DNA from: Calcarisporiella thermophila CBS 279.70
Taxonomy: Eukaryota; Fungi; Calcarisporiellomycota
Assembly (NCBI RefSeq): GCF_041956535.1
Contig: NW_027192202.1
Coordinates: 33,194 to 97,193, forward strand
Direction of reading: 5' to 3'
Length of the DNA: 64,000 nt
Below are positions 14,744-26,204 of the stretch, one piece after another (position 1 is the first letter of the stretch; every line of letters starts with the position of its first letter). The notes beneath the pieces were generated by a model. It had not been told where the DNA came from, searched no databases, and saw only the letters and a list, made by a program, of their open reading frames with translations. The position numbers and the translations under genes are program-made.

Positions 14744-15718
14744 GAGTTAAGGAGTACTGAATAATTTGAGAACGGGATGAGCTATTTTGATTTTTTTATA
14801 CAACAAGTGAAATTAGACACGTCAATTCATGTCAGGATTAATTGAATTTTTGTCAATAAGATCGAGACTATCTAATTTTGCCTCTTCATCAATAAATACT
14901 TGCTTAGTTTTTCCAAAGGGATTTGTTAAAATAAACTGATAAAAAATGCATTTGTTTTCTCGAAGATTCGGTTCAAATGGATCCCTTCCTATTTGGTTAT
15001 GAAAGGGGGTTGAAGAACTAAGCAAATCTGACCGACTCGCTATTAGCGCGTTTCGGCGTTATCGCACATTTTGGGGGAAGGAATCTATACTAGTCAGTAG
15101 TTCCGTTTAGAATCTTAACTGTCGAATGTCATCAAGCCCGCGTGAGTCCCTGGCAACCGAACAACCCAGCATAGTCGTTTATCATTCGAGGGATGGCACC
15201 AGATAAAAGAGCGATTCGGGGCCATCGAGAACGAGTCACAAGATAAGGACGCATGAAAAGATGAAGCCCCCTCGCTGCCTATATGTGGCGAAATGGAAAG
15301 CAGCTTCAACCCCTTACCGCCGGGTGGGAGCCGAGCCCAATGCTCACCTGACGCCCATCCCTGCGCCTGCTTTCTATTCGACCGGGATTGTGAAATTGGA
15401 ACCTCTTGCTCTGTCATCGGATAGCCTCGCGCTTTCCCAGCAAGGGTTTGCAATTTCTTGGCCTGTGTACACGGCAGGTTTCTCGACAAACTTTGCGCGC
15501 CTGTCTGGGCCGAAGTATAAGAAGCTTCGACACTTCAAGTTTTGTCAAATAAAGGCACCGGGCAAGGCGCCAATGAGCGATATAGCTCGGAGTACAAACC
15601 TAATTTCTAAAGATATCCGCGTGAATTTTACACAATCCAACGGTGGGCTCGTACGCGGTGCTTAGGAGCGAGCCATTCCATAGACCTTGCTGCCACAAGA
15701 ACAGGTTCGCACACCAAC

Positions 15719-17583
15719 ATGAGCTTGACATCAGTGTTCGAGGATGTTAACGAGATTTGGATGAGGATGGGTGAGCTGGTAGAAGAAATGGATCATATAA
15801 CAAATGCTGTTGACTATACTCACTCTCGTCTCATCCATTGCATTCCGCTCCCTTCCCAAAGAACCTCCGGCAATCCGGCTGCAAGTCATCAAACTGAACC
15901 TTACGAATGCATTGACACACGCGGCAGCAGCGAGTGTCTTGACAATCACTTGGAGCTAGTGCATTCTCCAAGGTCCATGTTCAATACCAGTTTGAGAATT
16001 CGCATCCACCTTTGCACCATCAACGATTTAAATAGCTTCCTTCGCGGCTATATCAACAGCTGCCCCTCCACCATAATTCCCTTTTCCCCGCCACGTTTAC
16101 TGCGACGTCTCGATTTTGAGCGCTTCAGCTCCTCGGAATCCCTCCATGATTCATTCAATAGTGACAGAATGGTTCCAGACCGGCTCTCTGAAGAAGCTTT
16201 GATCAACAATCCTCATGCACGCTTCCTTTTTCAAACCTATCTTTCTCCCAAATGCTTCCCCAATATTTGCCATGTCAATCGGGACCTTATGACGGAGGAT
16301 TTTCTGTGCGGCAAACTAGAACCTGCCTTTTTATATTCGGCCATCGCTCTCGCTGCCCAGCACGTCTACTCATGCCATGCAGATGCGGCCTGTAGAGAGG
16401 AGCTGCTGCGGGTGGCGGAGAGCTGCTTCGAGGAAGCAAAATACTCAATTCGAGAAATTTTTGACGAGCCAACCGAGGCAACCGTATTGGCATCCTACAA
16501 TTTGTGTATGTATCTGTTTGAGATCTTCTGTGTCCAGGAGGGATATGTCTATCTTGGCCATGCCATCTCAATGGCCCGACAGCTCGACATCGACTGGGAT
16601 AACGCGTCTGAGCAGGATCCCGTACGAAGAGAGGGAAAGCGACGATTGTGGTAATACCAGCTCTGCCAATTTAATGTCACAATCAGCACCACTTATTCCT
16701 TTAACTCTGCTTCCCTATGTTCTCCCCTCGTCTCCGTCTTGATAGGTGGTCACTGTATGCATCTGAAGTTGCGTATTCTCTCTTTGCTAGAAAAACTCTA
16801 TCCATGTACGCGCCCGTTAACCTGGAAATCTACCAACCCGAGCCTCTTCCCGGAGAAGGAGAAGATGATATGGACTCTTTGGTAAGCAACCTTGATCAAA
16901 CAGGCTTGTCTACATTTATTACTCAATGACGAAAACTTTTCTCCTGATTCTTTTTTCACTAGCGTTTCACTATTGATCTGGTAGAATGGTACACTTTACT
17001 ACTCAATATTCCACCGCTTGACCTTTCAAGACCGGATAGAGACATCCTCACCACCCTATCGTTTATCTGCACTTCCCTTGGCCAATATCTCCCTCCCTCT
17101 AACGAAAATAACCTCGAAAGACTGACAACGCTCACCCCCCTCGATCTCTTCTTCGAGTCCATTTACTGGAGCGCATGGGGAAAGATCTGGCTTAACCTCC
17201 TAGATCTCAAAAAATCCGGGCTTGCTCCCGAGCGTCTTAAAACGCCAGTGATACGAGAGCTTCTTATTATAGCGATGAATGAGTGTGCCCAGGCGGCAAG
17301 GCACATTTCCACCATTCTTCGTGAATCTTCCCGGCGAGATATAGGGTGCTCCATGGTTCCTATTGGGTCAAATATCATTGCTTGCCAGATCCATCGCTTT
17401 GTCATTTTCCATCATCCAAACCCTAAGGCGCGCTTCATTGCCCTCCAGCATCTCGCCGAAACCAATCGTATTCTGCATTCAACGCCCTTTTCCCTTCGAA
17501 ACTGTACACGGGGCCAGTTGAAAACTTTCCAAGGAATCTACCACAATGTACGCGCAAAGTTGAATATCTCTGTAAATTCTTAA
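15719..17583 (+). CDS. Fungal-specific transcription factor (middle homology) domain protein, exons 15719-16650, 16746-16881, 16963-17583
   Basis: FLYSAIALAAQH, FEEAKYSIREIFDEPTEATVLA, YVYLGHAISMARQLDI, EGKRRLWWSLYASE. Confidence 0.75.
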
Positions 17584-17929
17584 CCCTTAATTGTCCTCGC
17601 CTATTGTGTATACTTTAATTAATACAAACAAATCGAGAAATCAGTTTCAAATTGGCATTTATTTTATCTTCAATACCTCGATAATTTCCAGTAGAGGGTG
17701 GATGAAATATTACTATAGCTAAACTAAAGCATCTACCACAGATTTTAGGGATAAACTATCCTGGTTTAAGATACACTGGCGCATCAAAATTCGAAACTGA
17801 GAGGGGTGTAAAAATACACTTTACTATCTTTTTATTTTACTATTCTATCTCTTCTATGGAACTAACTATGCCATTTCTAGTGCATATCAGCCCCTGCCTC
17901 GATCAATGACTTTATGATTCAAAATAACG

Positions 17930-19040
17930 ATTTGTTGCAGCATCATGTAACGGTGTTCTGCCAGACTAATCCTGGATATTTACATTTGTCCCAGTCTCGA
18001 TAGAAGTCAGAGCTACTTGACTGTACCTGGGCAGCATTTAGCCACGTTAGTTACATAAGCAAGATCAACGCCGTGTACTGTCGGCACACTAATCGAATCA
18101 ACAACATACCCGTTCGACACAGAGCTCAACCGGGTGCTAGACGTCATCGTAGGTGGCCGTATTGTTGCCTTACAATGAGTCGTCTGCCGAAAACAATTGA
18201 TCTTCTGTCTTCTCTACGCCCGGCCGTCCTAAAAGGCGGATCTAGAACAATATGGCACTGTAAGGCAGCTGCACGGTTCAGACTGTACTCAGTGCATTCT
18301 TGCGGGTGTTGTTCATAGATATGCATACCGCAGTGGATGGCCAAGGCCGTCGTTAGCTGTGTCCATGATAAATCACCATATTCAAGCACATAAGTGTTTA
18401 TTACGCAACCCCCACATAGATCGTCAAACAATTCAGCTCCATAACGTGCGTGATAGCCACCTCTTGGTTGCTGTAAGCGACCTCCGTGAATGCACGCCTC
18501 GCCGGAGTGCAGACGCCCGCCGAATGCTTCTATGGCTGTTGAGAAGACAATTGATCGCCTATCAACACTACACACAGCCTCTCCCAAGTCTTCGTGATAA
18601 GCCCGATCAAGCTCCTGGCCACTTGTGAATGGGCTCTCACTGTCACCAACGGCAATCATGTCAACACTGGGAGGAATAGATAGTTGGAATTGGACCAATC
18701 TTCCCCTTCTTACATCAAATAAACACGCTCATGGCTCGTAGTTTTCTCCCCGGTTATGACACACAATCTCCCTGACTATACATTCGCCAGCATTATCTCC
18801 ATCAGATGTCACGAAGCTGTCATATCCTTGTGCTTTTGCAGTTTCCGCTGAGTCCGCAAGTTTAGAAATTAGCTCAATAAGAAATGAATTGAATCTAGAA
18901 TCCTCACTATCCTCAGTGAGAGTGGATGTTTTTGATGTGTATTGACTGGCCGCATCAACCAGCTATCGCCACATCCTTCGCTGCTGTTCAATTAATTCGT
19001 TGAACAAAGCACAGCTTAACAATGCCTGCTTGGTTGCCAT
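17930..19040 (-). pseudogene. Decayed gene with C-terminal ankyrin-repeat remnant
   Basis: ETGTNVNIQD*SGRTPLHDAA at ~17933-17998 contains an in-frame stop; fragmented frames upstream. Confidence 0.45.
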
Positions 19041-19239
19041 TGGAGAGTAGTGTGGTATGGTAATGGATGAATTTACTTGAAGTTTTCTCTGAATAAAGAG
19101 TTTTTTGATATACTTTTTGAGATACTGATGAATACTTAGTCACAATAAATTGGAGTAGGCACCGATTCTAGCGGCTTCTTCAGAACAGAAAGCCAGAGAG
19201 CATGCCAAGGCAGAAGTCAGAATATAGGGAAGTTGCGCG

Positions 19240-20470
19240 GTTTCTTGGCAACTGGGAAAATCTCTTTTTGTCCCATTTCAGACCATTGAACACATTGGCT
19301 CCAGGATCGATACAAAGGAAACGACACTCAGACCTACCAAGGAAGAAGGGAAGAGACAAGCACGCACAGCCATCAGATTGTGCAGCACAGGATCCACCAC
19401 ATCCAAGCAACTAGCGACATTCCTTGGAGAATCAAATGCTGCATGCCCTGAGATAATGCTAGGCAGACAGTTCTCGAGATCGCTCATGATGGCGCACATC
19501 AGAGCACTGAAAACCAATCCGGACTGGGTGTAACAGTTCCTAGGACTGTTGTGGATTCGAATTCCTTAATGAATTCAAGAGAACCGGTGAGGAAATTAAT
19601 AAAAACATCAGAAATTAAATAAAGATGAATTTCTGGGAAATTACCTTAAAAACTCGTTTGCATGAACATGTGATCAGTAAGTATATAAAAGGAAAGTGGT
19701 ATTAATTATGAAAAGAGATGGAGGCTTGATCGTGTTATACTGGGACTCTCCATTTACCCTTCAGAGTGGAGCTCTAGAAGAATCGGACTGGTGGATAAAA
19801 GAACTCAACAGTAGCTTCAGACAGTGACTGGGGGCGAGTTACCAACCCCAAACCATAGGAGATCCATGGTCACCAGTGGAAATTCAACACCACATTAACT
19901 GGAAGGAGCTCAAATCGATAGAACTCTGTCTACACTCCTTCTCGGCTTTGAAGGACAAGACACTGTGGATCAGAACGGACAGCACAACAACTTTAGCATA
20001 TGTCAGTAAGTTTGAGAGAACACGTTCTCCTCAGCTCGACACACCGGAAAGAGTAGTATGGGCGGAGCGTCTATCTCAGCGCATTCATTTAATAGCAGAG
20101 CATATTCCGAGCTCCCAGAACACTGAGACGAATGTAGCGTCTAGTAAAATAAAAACAAGTCGATCATTGTTCATTAACGATAGGGCATTCGCAAGAATCA
20201 AGAAACAGTGGGAGCCTCATACAATCGATCTCTTTGTGAACAGACTCGCGAATTGACTTCCTCGCTTCTTTTCCAGACATCCCAAAACAGGAGCAGCAGC
20301 GACGGACGTCTTAGCGCAGTATTGGCAGAAGGGGATCAACCCATATACCAATCCGAATTGGGCGCTGATAGCACGGATAATCCGCAAGGTAATCATCGAA
20401 CAAATCAACTTGACAATAGTCACTGCATACTGGCCGCCATTTCAATGTTTCCCACTCTATTACAGATGAA
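19240..20470 (+). mobile_element. DIRS1-like (tyrosine recombinase) retrotransposon relic: RT C-terminus, RNase H, methyltransferase-like domain
   Basis: KSLFVPFQTIEHIGSRIDT..QLATFLG (RT end); WDSPFTL..ALEESDWW; WSPVEIQHHINWKEL..IRTDSTTTLAYV..AEHIP (DIRS RNase H); HTIDLFV..N*LPRFFS..ATDVLAQYW..YTNPNWALIARIIRK; stops and frameshifts throughout. Confidence 0.85.
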
Positions 20471-21152
20471 GGTAGCAGAACCATTCAAGGTCCGGTGGAA
20501 AACCATTTGTCTCGCGACAACTGCAAAGAACCATTCATTGAAGCTCAAATCTTGGTTTTTGACCGCTTCCTCCCAGGGAGGAACTTCCCACAAAGGCTTC
20601 TTCATTCGATCTCTTCTACCGAAGAGACCGCACTTTCCTCGCTGACGTCTCTAATGTGCTTCTTTCAACGGAACCTGAGTGCATACGCTAGAGCCTTCTG
20701 CATCAGCGTGAAGCATGGACTGCTGATTTTCCTTGTCAATTTCGCTAGGCTTAAGCAAGAATTGCTAATTTACATGATATTCATCGATGTAAATTCAGAA
20801 GAGATTCAAGTAAATTTGACTAAGTGCGACTCTCAAGTCTGAATGTGGATAAAGTAGAGTACATTTACTAGAAGTGTGTACAAAAAATCAAATGATAAAA
20901 GTTAAAAAATTGGTATAAAGTATTTATGTAATCTTAACACAACACGATGAGGTTATCATAACCATCAATACCCTTTCAAAACTTGAATTAGGAAAGATAC
21001 TTATTAGGGCAACTGCGATTAGTAATAGAATAGTACGGAGTAATCTATGTTAAACAAATCTATGTTTAAACATGAACAATATGCAATTAGTACATTAATA
21101 ATATTTTAATTAATTTAATATTAGTTTCTTACCACTTCTGGCATGCCTATGG

Positions 21153-21365
21153 TCATGTAAACTTGAATTACTTTAAAACTCTCTCCGGCAAATCTGTCTT
21201 GATTTTGGCATCTTCGATATTTTTAAATGGTCTTTTGGATGTTATTTGGTCAACGTAAGCTTTCCAAACTCCTTCCATCCGGAGAAGGTCTCGATACTTT
21301 GCCGAATTAATGTCCAAGGGGCATTCTACGGCATATATATATGCTCTTCCTGCAAACGGTCCACA
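21153..21365 (-). pseudogene. 3' remnant of a Crinkler (CRN)-type gene with helix-hairpin-helix C-terminus
   Basis: GPFAGRAYIYAVECPLDINSAKYRDLLRMEGVWKAYVDQITSKRPFKNIEDAKIKTDLPERVLK*FKFT*. Confidence 0.65.
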
Positions 21366-22496
21366 AAGCTGGTTTGGATTTCCTTATGGATTTATCTCGG
21401 ATTGCAGCAAATAGAACGCTAAAAAGGATAAGAGAGGATGAGATAGAGGAAGAGGCTGACGAAGGGTATGATGGTGAGAGATATATCCAGGTTCGGTATT
21501 TGAACGATACAAAACTGAACATCTTTAAGAGATTTAAAATTTCTCATCCCGATTTCAAGATATCAAAGTCAAAATTTTATTCTCTAATTCCGAAATATTT
21601 TAAGAAATCGTGTAAGAAAACGGATATATGTGAGGTGAGCGTCGAAGGCAAGAAGAACTTCGATAATCTGTGCCGAATACAGCGAGAAATCCATAATGGT
21701 TGCACGGGAAACTGTTTCGCGGGAGATGTAGAGCTCTGTGAATGAGAAGTTACTGAAGAGGATAAAGGCCGACTCGAGCAGCTGAAGGAGAAAGTTGCTA
21801 TATATACTTCCCACCAGCGCTTTGTTGAAGCGAGGAAGTCGATATTCGAGAAGAATTCCGGAGAACTCAAGAACAAGCGAAGGCTTAAAATGGATTTCAA
21901 AGAGAATTTGCAATTGGGAGGCGGGCCAGTTGAGACTGGAGAAACCTTTTTCTCGACGCAACAGTGTTCTTTTTTGGGCATGGTGTTACTCTCACCCGAC
22001 GGAAAGAAGAAATACTTTGGCTTCCACGCTTCCACAAAGCGCTGGTGGGAAGTATATATAGCGACTTTCTCCTTCAGCTGCTCAAGTCGGCTTTTATCCT
22101 CTTCAGTAACTTTTTGTTCACAGTGCTCTACATCTCCCGCGAAACAGTTTCCCGTGCAACCATTATGGATTTCTCGCAGTATTCGGCGTAGATTATCGGT
22201 GTTCTTCTTGCCTTCGACGCGTACCTCACCCATATCCGTTTTCTTGCATGCTTTCTTAAAGTATTTCGGAATTAGAGAATAAAATTTTGATTTAAATATC
22301 TTGAAATAAGGATGAGAAATTTTAAATCTCTTGATGATCAGTTTTGTATCGTTCAAATACCGAACCTGGATAAATCTCTCACCATCATACCTTTCGTCAG
22401 CCTCTTCCTCTATCTCATTCTCTCTCTTCCTTTTTAGAGCTCTATTTGCTGCAATCCGAGATGAATCCATAGGAAAATCCAAAAAAAGCTTTGGGC
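21362..22496. mobile_element. Inverted pair of DNA-transposase fragments (Sola-like, tentative) forming an imperfect palindrome
   Basis: Arm ~21362-21838 is the diverged reverse complement of ~22021-22496. Encodes SRIAANR..VRYLNDTK..SKSKFYSLIPK..KTDxCEVx; the spacer continues MDFKENLQLGGGPVETGETFFSTQQCSFLG. Confidence 0.75.
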
Positions 22497-23360
22497 ACTA
22501 AAAAGTCAGGTGTATGAATAAACAAAATACCAATAAGAATTTTCTGAATGAATATTTACCAGGTTTACGCTTCACTGCTCGTTTTGTTTCTAGAGTGGGA
22601 GTTGAACCAATCTGTTTATTCGACTGCTCCCCATTCAGTCGTGTATCATCTGTGTATAATAGATAATCGCAAATTAGTAGAGAGCAAGGAATGGTTTATA
22701 AACCAGACATTACCTTGCGAAGTAGACGATACAGATTTCGATTCAACTACCCGAGCAGCTCGCGATTTGTTATTATTGTGACGGGGGGGTTTTAGTTGGA
22801 GAGAAAGATTTATCTCCGTATGATTTATTACAATTTCGAACGTATATATATCATATAAATGATGACGTAACTACGTAAACAGAGATTAAGAAGATCTGAA
22901 AGTAATATATGTAGCAATTATCAAACCTAAAGCTCAGCCACCTAAGAAATTTCCGGGGTTAGGAACTACAGAAAACAGCTTTTTTCTTAGCTCACTATTC
23001 TCACCTCTCTGTAGCACAGCAAGTTGACTTAGGGTATGACGATAAGGATTATCCATGTGTTCTAGTAAATGAGTATACAAAAGCATCCCATCTCTGGAAT
23101 GAAAAAAGAATTGAGCAATGCTATCCAAATGTTCTTTGTAAGCAAGAGAAGATGAGGTAGCCTTTAAAGTCGCATTGCCATTTTTCCCTGTAGCATTTGG
23201 CAAGAAACGAGTCCCAAACTGGGAAATAAAACGAGGAATGGAAGTCGAAAGAGTTGCCATAATGAAGATAAAATCACGATATAATAGGTATATAGGCTGG
23301 TATAAATTCGGTATACAATTTTTGATATGAAAAATGCAAAGCAAAAGTTATCGAGAAATA

Positions 23361-23597
23361 TTACTTAACGAATTTTTGAAAGATATATTAACAGTTGCAG
23401 AAATTTTTGAAACCCTGATTCTGCAATATCTAAATCTAGTATGTCTGCTCAGGCTTGGAAACTCCCAAATTTTCGAGAATTATTACTTTAATTAACGAAT
23501 TTTTAAAAAATACATTAATAGTTGCTGATATTTCTGAAACTCTGATTCTCCAATTTCTAAATCCAGTATGACTGCTCAGGCTTAGAATCTCCCATAT
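23361..23597. repeat. Two-copy diverged direct repeat (period ~127 bp)
   Basis: ttaacgaatttt..attaa.agttgc.ga.attt.tgaaac.ctgattct.caat.tctaaatc.agtatg.ctgctcaggctt.gaa.ctccca occurs twice in tandem. Confidence 0.85.
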
Positions 23598-23665
23598 ATC
23601 ATGTCCACGCTGATATATGAATAGCCTATTCTTTTTCTCTCGCGATCGAAAGATTGTCTATAGAA

Positions 23666-25295
23666 CTATTCCAACACCACTTTCAAAAAGCCCCGAATGG
23701 TAGGCCGCACCATCTTCTCATTATAGCGCAAAGCCGTTAACGCAAGGGCAAGCCCACTTGCAAAAAGGCCAATCTCGCCTCCCTCTCGGACGATGCGATA
23801 AAGCACAGGCTGATGCCGCTGGAGCACTGCTAGAACACGGCTCATGAAGGGGTTTGTGAGCAGGGCGCGATTTGCAACATAGAGCGCCATCTCGCCGCGG
23901 CGATGTTTATTCTCTATTAATACGGAGAGACCACACAGCCATGTCCCTAATACTACCCCAGCATACTCAAGCCCATCATATTTGAGTCCAAGGACGGGAC
24001 CAACCCGGGATCGTATTAAGCAAACCCCATACCACGAGAGCATAATGAAGGTGGCCAGGAAAGACGAGGATCGAAAGGAACCTAAGAGTACTCGACGGAG
24101 TGAATCAATGGGATTCTGGACAAATTTACGGTGTCGGAAGAGAAGGCTTGGTAGAAGGTGCACTGGCAAATATATCTAATGTTGGTTCCACGTTGAGATT
24201 AGGTAACAGCGTCTACACAAATGAACTTGCAAAATGACCCTACCCCTAGCGATTTGATGAACCCTCGTCCCCAGATATACGCCGCATGTACTTCGCATCC
24301 ACCCCTCAACCCCCCATGTACGACTCGACAAGACACCTGATCGTGAAGAATTGTATTTGCCAAATCCCGCGGCATTCCGCGCTCCTCAGCATAATCACAC
24401 AGGAATTCTTCAAATCCTGTACGCTGACGATAGCGAATCTTCCCTTTCCGCATTAACCGGAGCGCCTCTAGGAGACGTACATCCATGTCGGCCATATTCG
24501 TGATCCACTTGGAATAAGATCTAAATTGGTGTTTAAAAATTAATACCATAAGCTTGATAGTTGTCTTATGAAAATATCCATTACTTTGGCAGTCTATTAG
24601 GTTCATAAAACCAGGCATACATCACTTCTTGACAACTTAACACCATAGCTATGGGAATAAGTCAGCATCCATATTAGCATAAGGATGTTTTAATCTGTGA
24701 AAATGGAGAGAAATTCACCTGCTGTGTCACCGTGCTCAAGTAACCATCCGGGTATATACCGCCGTACCCGTGGCGAATGATATGCCATATGGGCCAAGAC
24801 ATCAAGCCCACGCACCATGGCGAATGTGGTCAACTCAGCCGTGTCTATTCGTCTTTTCAGAAATGCAAGCCCCACCGCAGCGCTCAGCCAAGCGCTCACA
24901 AATGTACGTCCGATGTCGGTGTGAGTCCATTCACGAAGAGTTCGCGCTTTGGACAAATCTATGGGGATATGATTCCTCTGTTTTAGTAGGAGTTCTAAAT
25001 AGGTGTAGCCACCAAAAATAATGGACGAGAAGAGGGCGTAGGGCGATACTCCATTAGTTCCGAGAAGGCCATTGAGGAGAATGCGAAGTATCTGTCGTAG
25101 TAGCACTGAGGGGGATTTCCGAAGACGGATGAGGACCCCCAGGATACGTGGAATGGTGGCCGCTAGATAGCCTATACCGTAGGAACGCAAAAGGGTGCGG
25201 AGCAAAATGCGATGTTCATGAGTGAATTTTGATGTGCTCTTGCAAACGGGAGTAGCTGGGGAGATAGTGTCTGGGGAATTAGATTCGGACTCCAT
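23666..25295 (-). CDS. Transmembrane protein 135 (TMEM135)-like, 4 exons
   Basis: ELTTFAMVRGLD, EVMYAWFYEPNRLPKSYSKWITNMADMD, RSSSFLATF, LIENKHRRGEMALYV. Confidence 0.82.
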
Positions 25296-26204
25296 ACCTC
25301 ATCAGCTTGAGTGCTCAACCATCTAAATCTACTATGAAGTTTAATGTTGAGATGAAACAAGGTGAAATAAATTAGCCCCGCCGGAAGATTGGAAACACAA
25401 ACTCGTGATTATGAATCTGCGTTCTTGAACTAAGCCCATCCAATTTTAATAGTGAATAAATAGTCATACTGTGCGGTGTGATATTAGATACTGTCGACGA
25501 ATTATGCGATAAAAAGGACACTGGCCATCACGCTCCCTTTGTTTAGGAATCTTCTCTGCCCGCTTCGAGGGCTTGCTAAAATTCGCGTGAGATGTATCAG
25601 GATAGCAGTTGTAGGTTTGTTTTGACAGTAGCATCCAAATTAGGATGATATCTGCCCGCTGTATCACGTCCAGACATGCTGATGTAAATGTAATAGGGGG
25701 GCTTTTGTAGGGAGATCTACTCCATCCTATATTTGAGTTTTTCAATGAAGAGTATAGCCCTCGAGGCTGACTAATGGTCCCGGCGACTGTAAATTGCAAA
25801 TGTAAATTAATAAGAATGCTTGGATCTGCCACTGCTTTAGTGGTCACAAAGTGGCATATGCATTATAACCATCCCAATAATCTGTTTTATGCTTTCGATC
25901 CACTGGACATGATAAAAATGTCCATTTTGTGTATATTACTGGCATGAAGCATGTAAAGCGTCAATAATGTGTTCGAATTCAAATCCATCATTTCAAATAA
26001 ATACATAATATCAGAGTCCCATTTCGATGGGATACCGTGTGAAGTCAGGGTGATTGGCTAGTTACTTTAAAGAATAAGGATCAAAGGATTTCCAATATTC
26101 GGTTTGAAGAAATATCTCAATAGTCGCTTGGGCTATTCCCAAATTTGCATTGCATTTTTAAAAGATTAGCCCTTTAGTAAGAAATAAACAAAATGAAAAA
26201 TCTG

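Noticed and set aside
21577-22482. 301-aa ORF as a real gene
   Set aside because: Artefact of the palindrome: it reads one transposase arm in sense, then the spacer and other arm in antisense
22934-23344. 136-aa minus-strand ORF
   Set aside because: No recognisable family; lies inside the repeat island, possibly TE-derived
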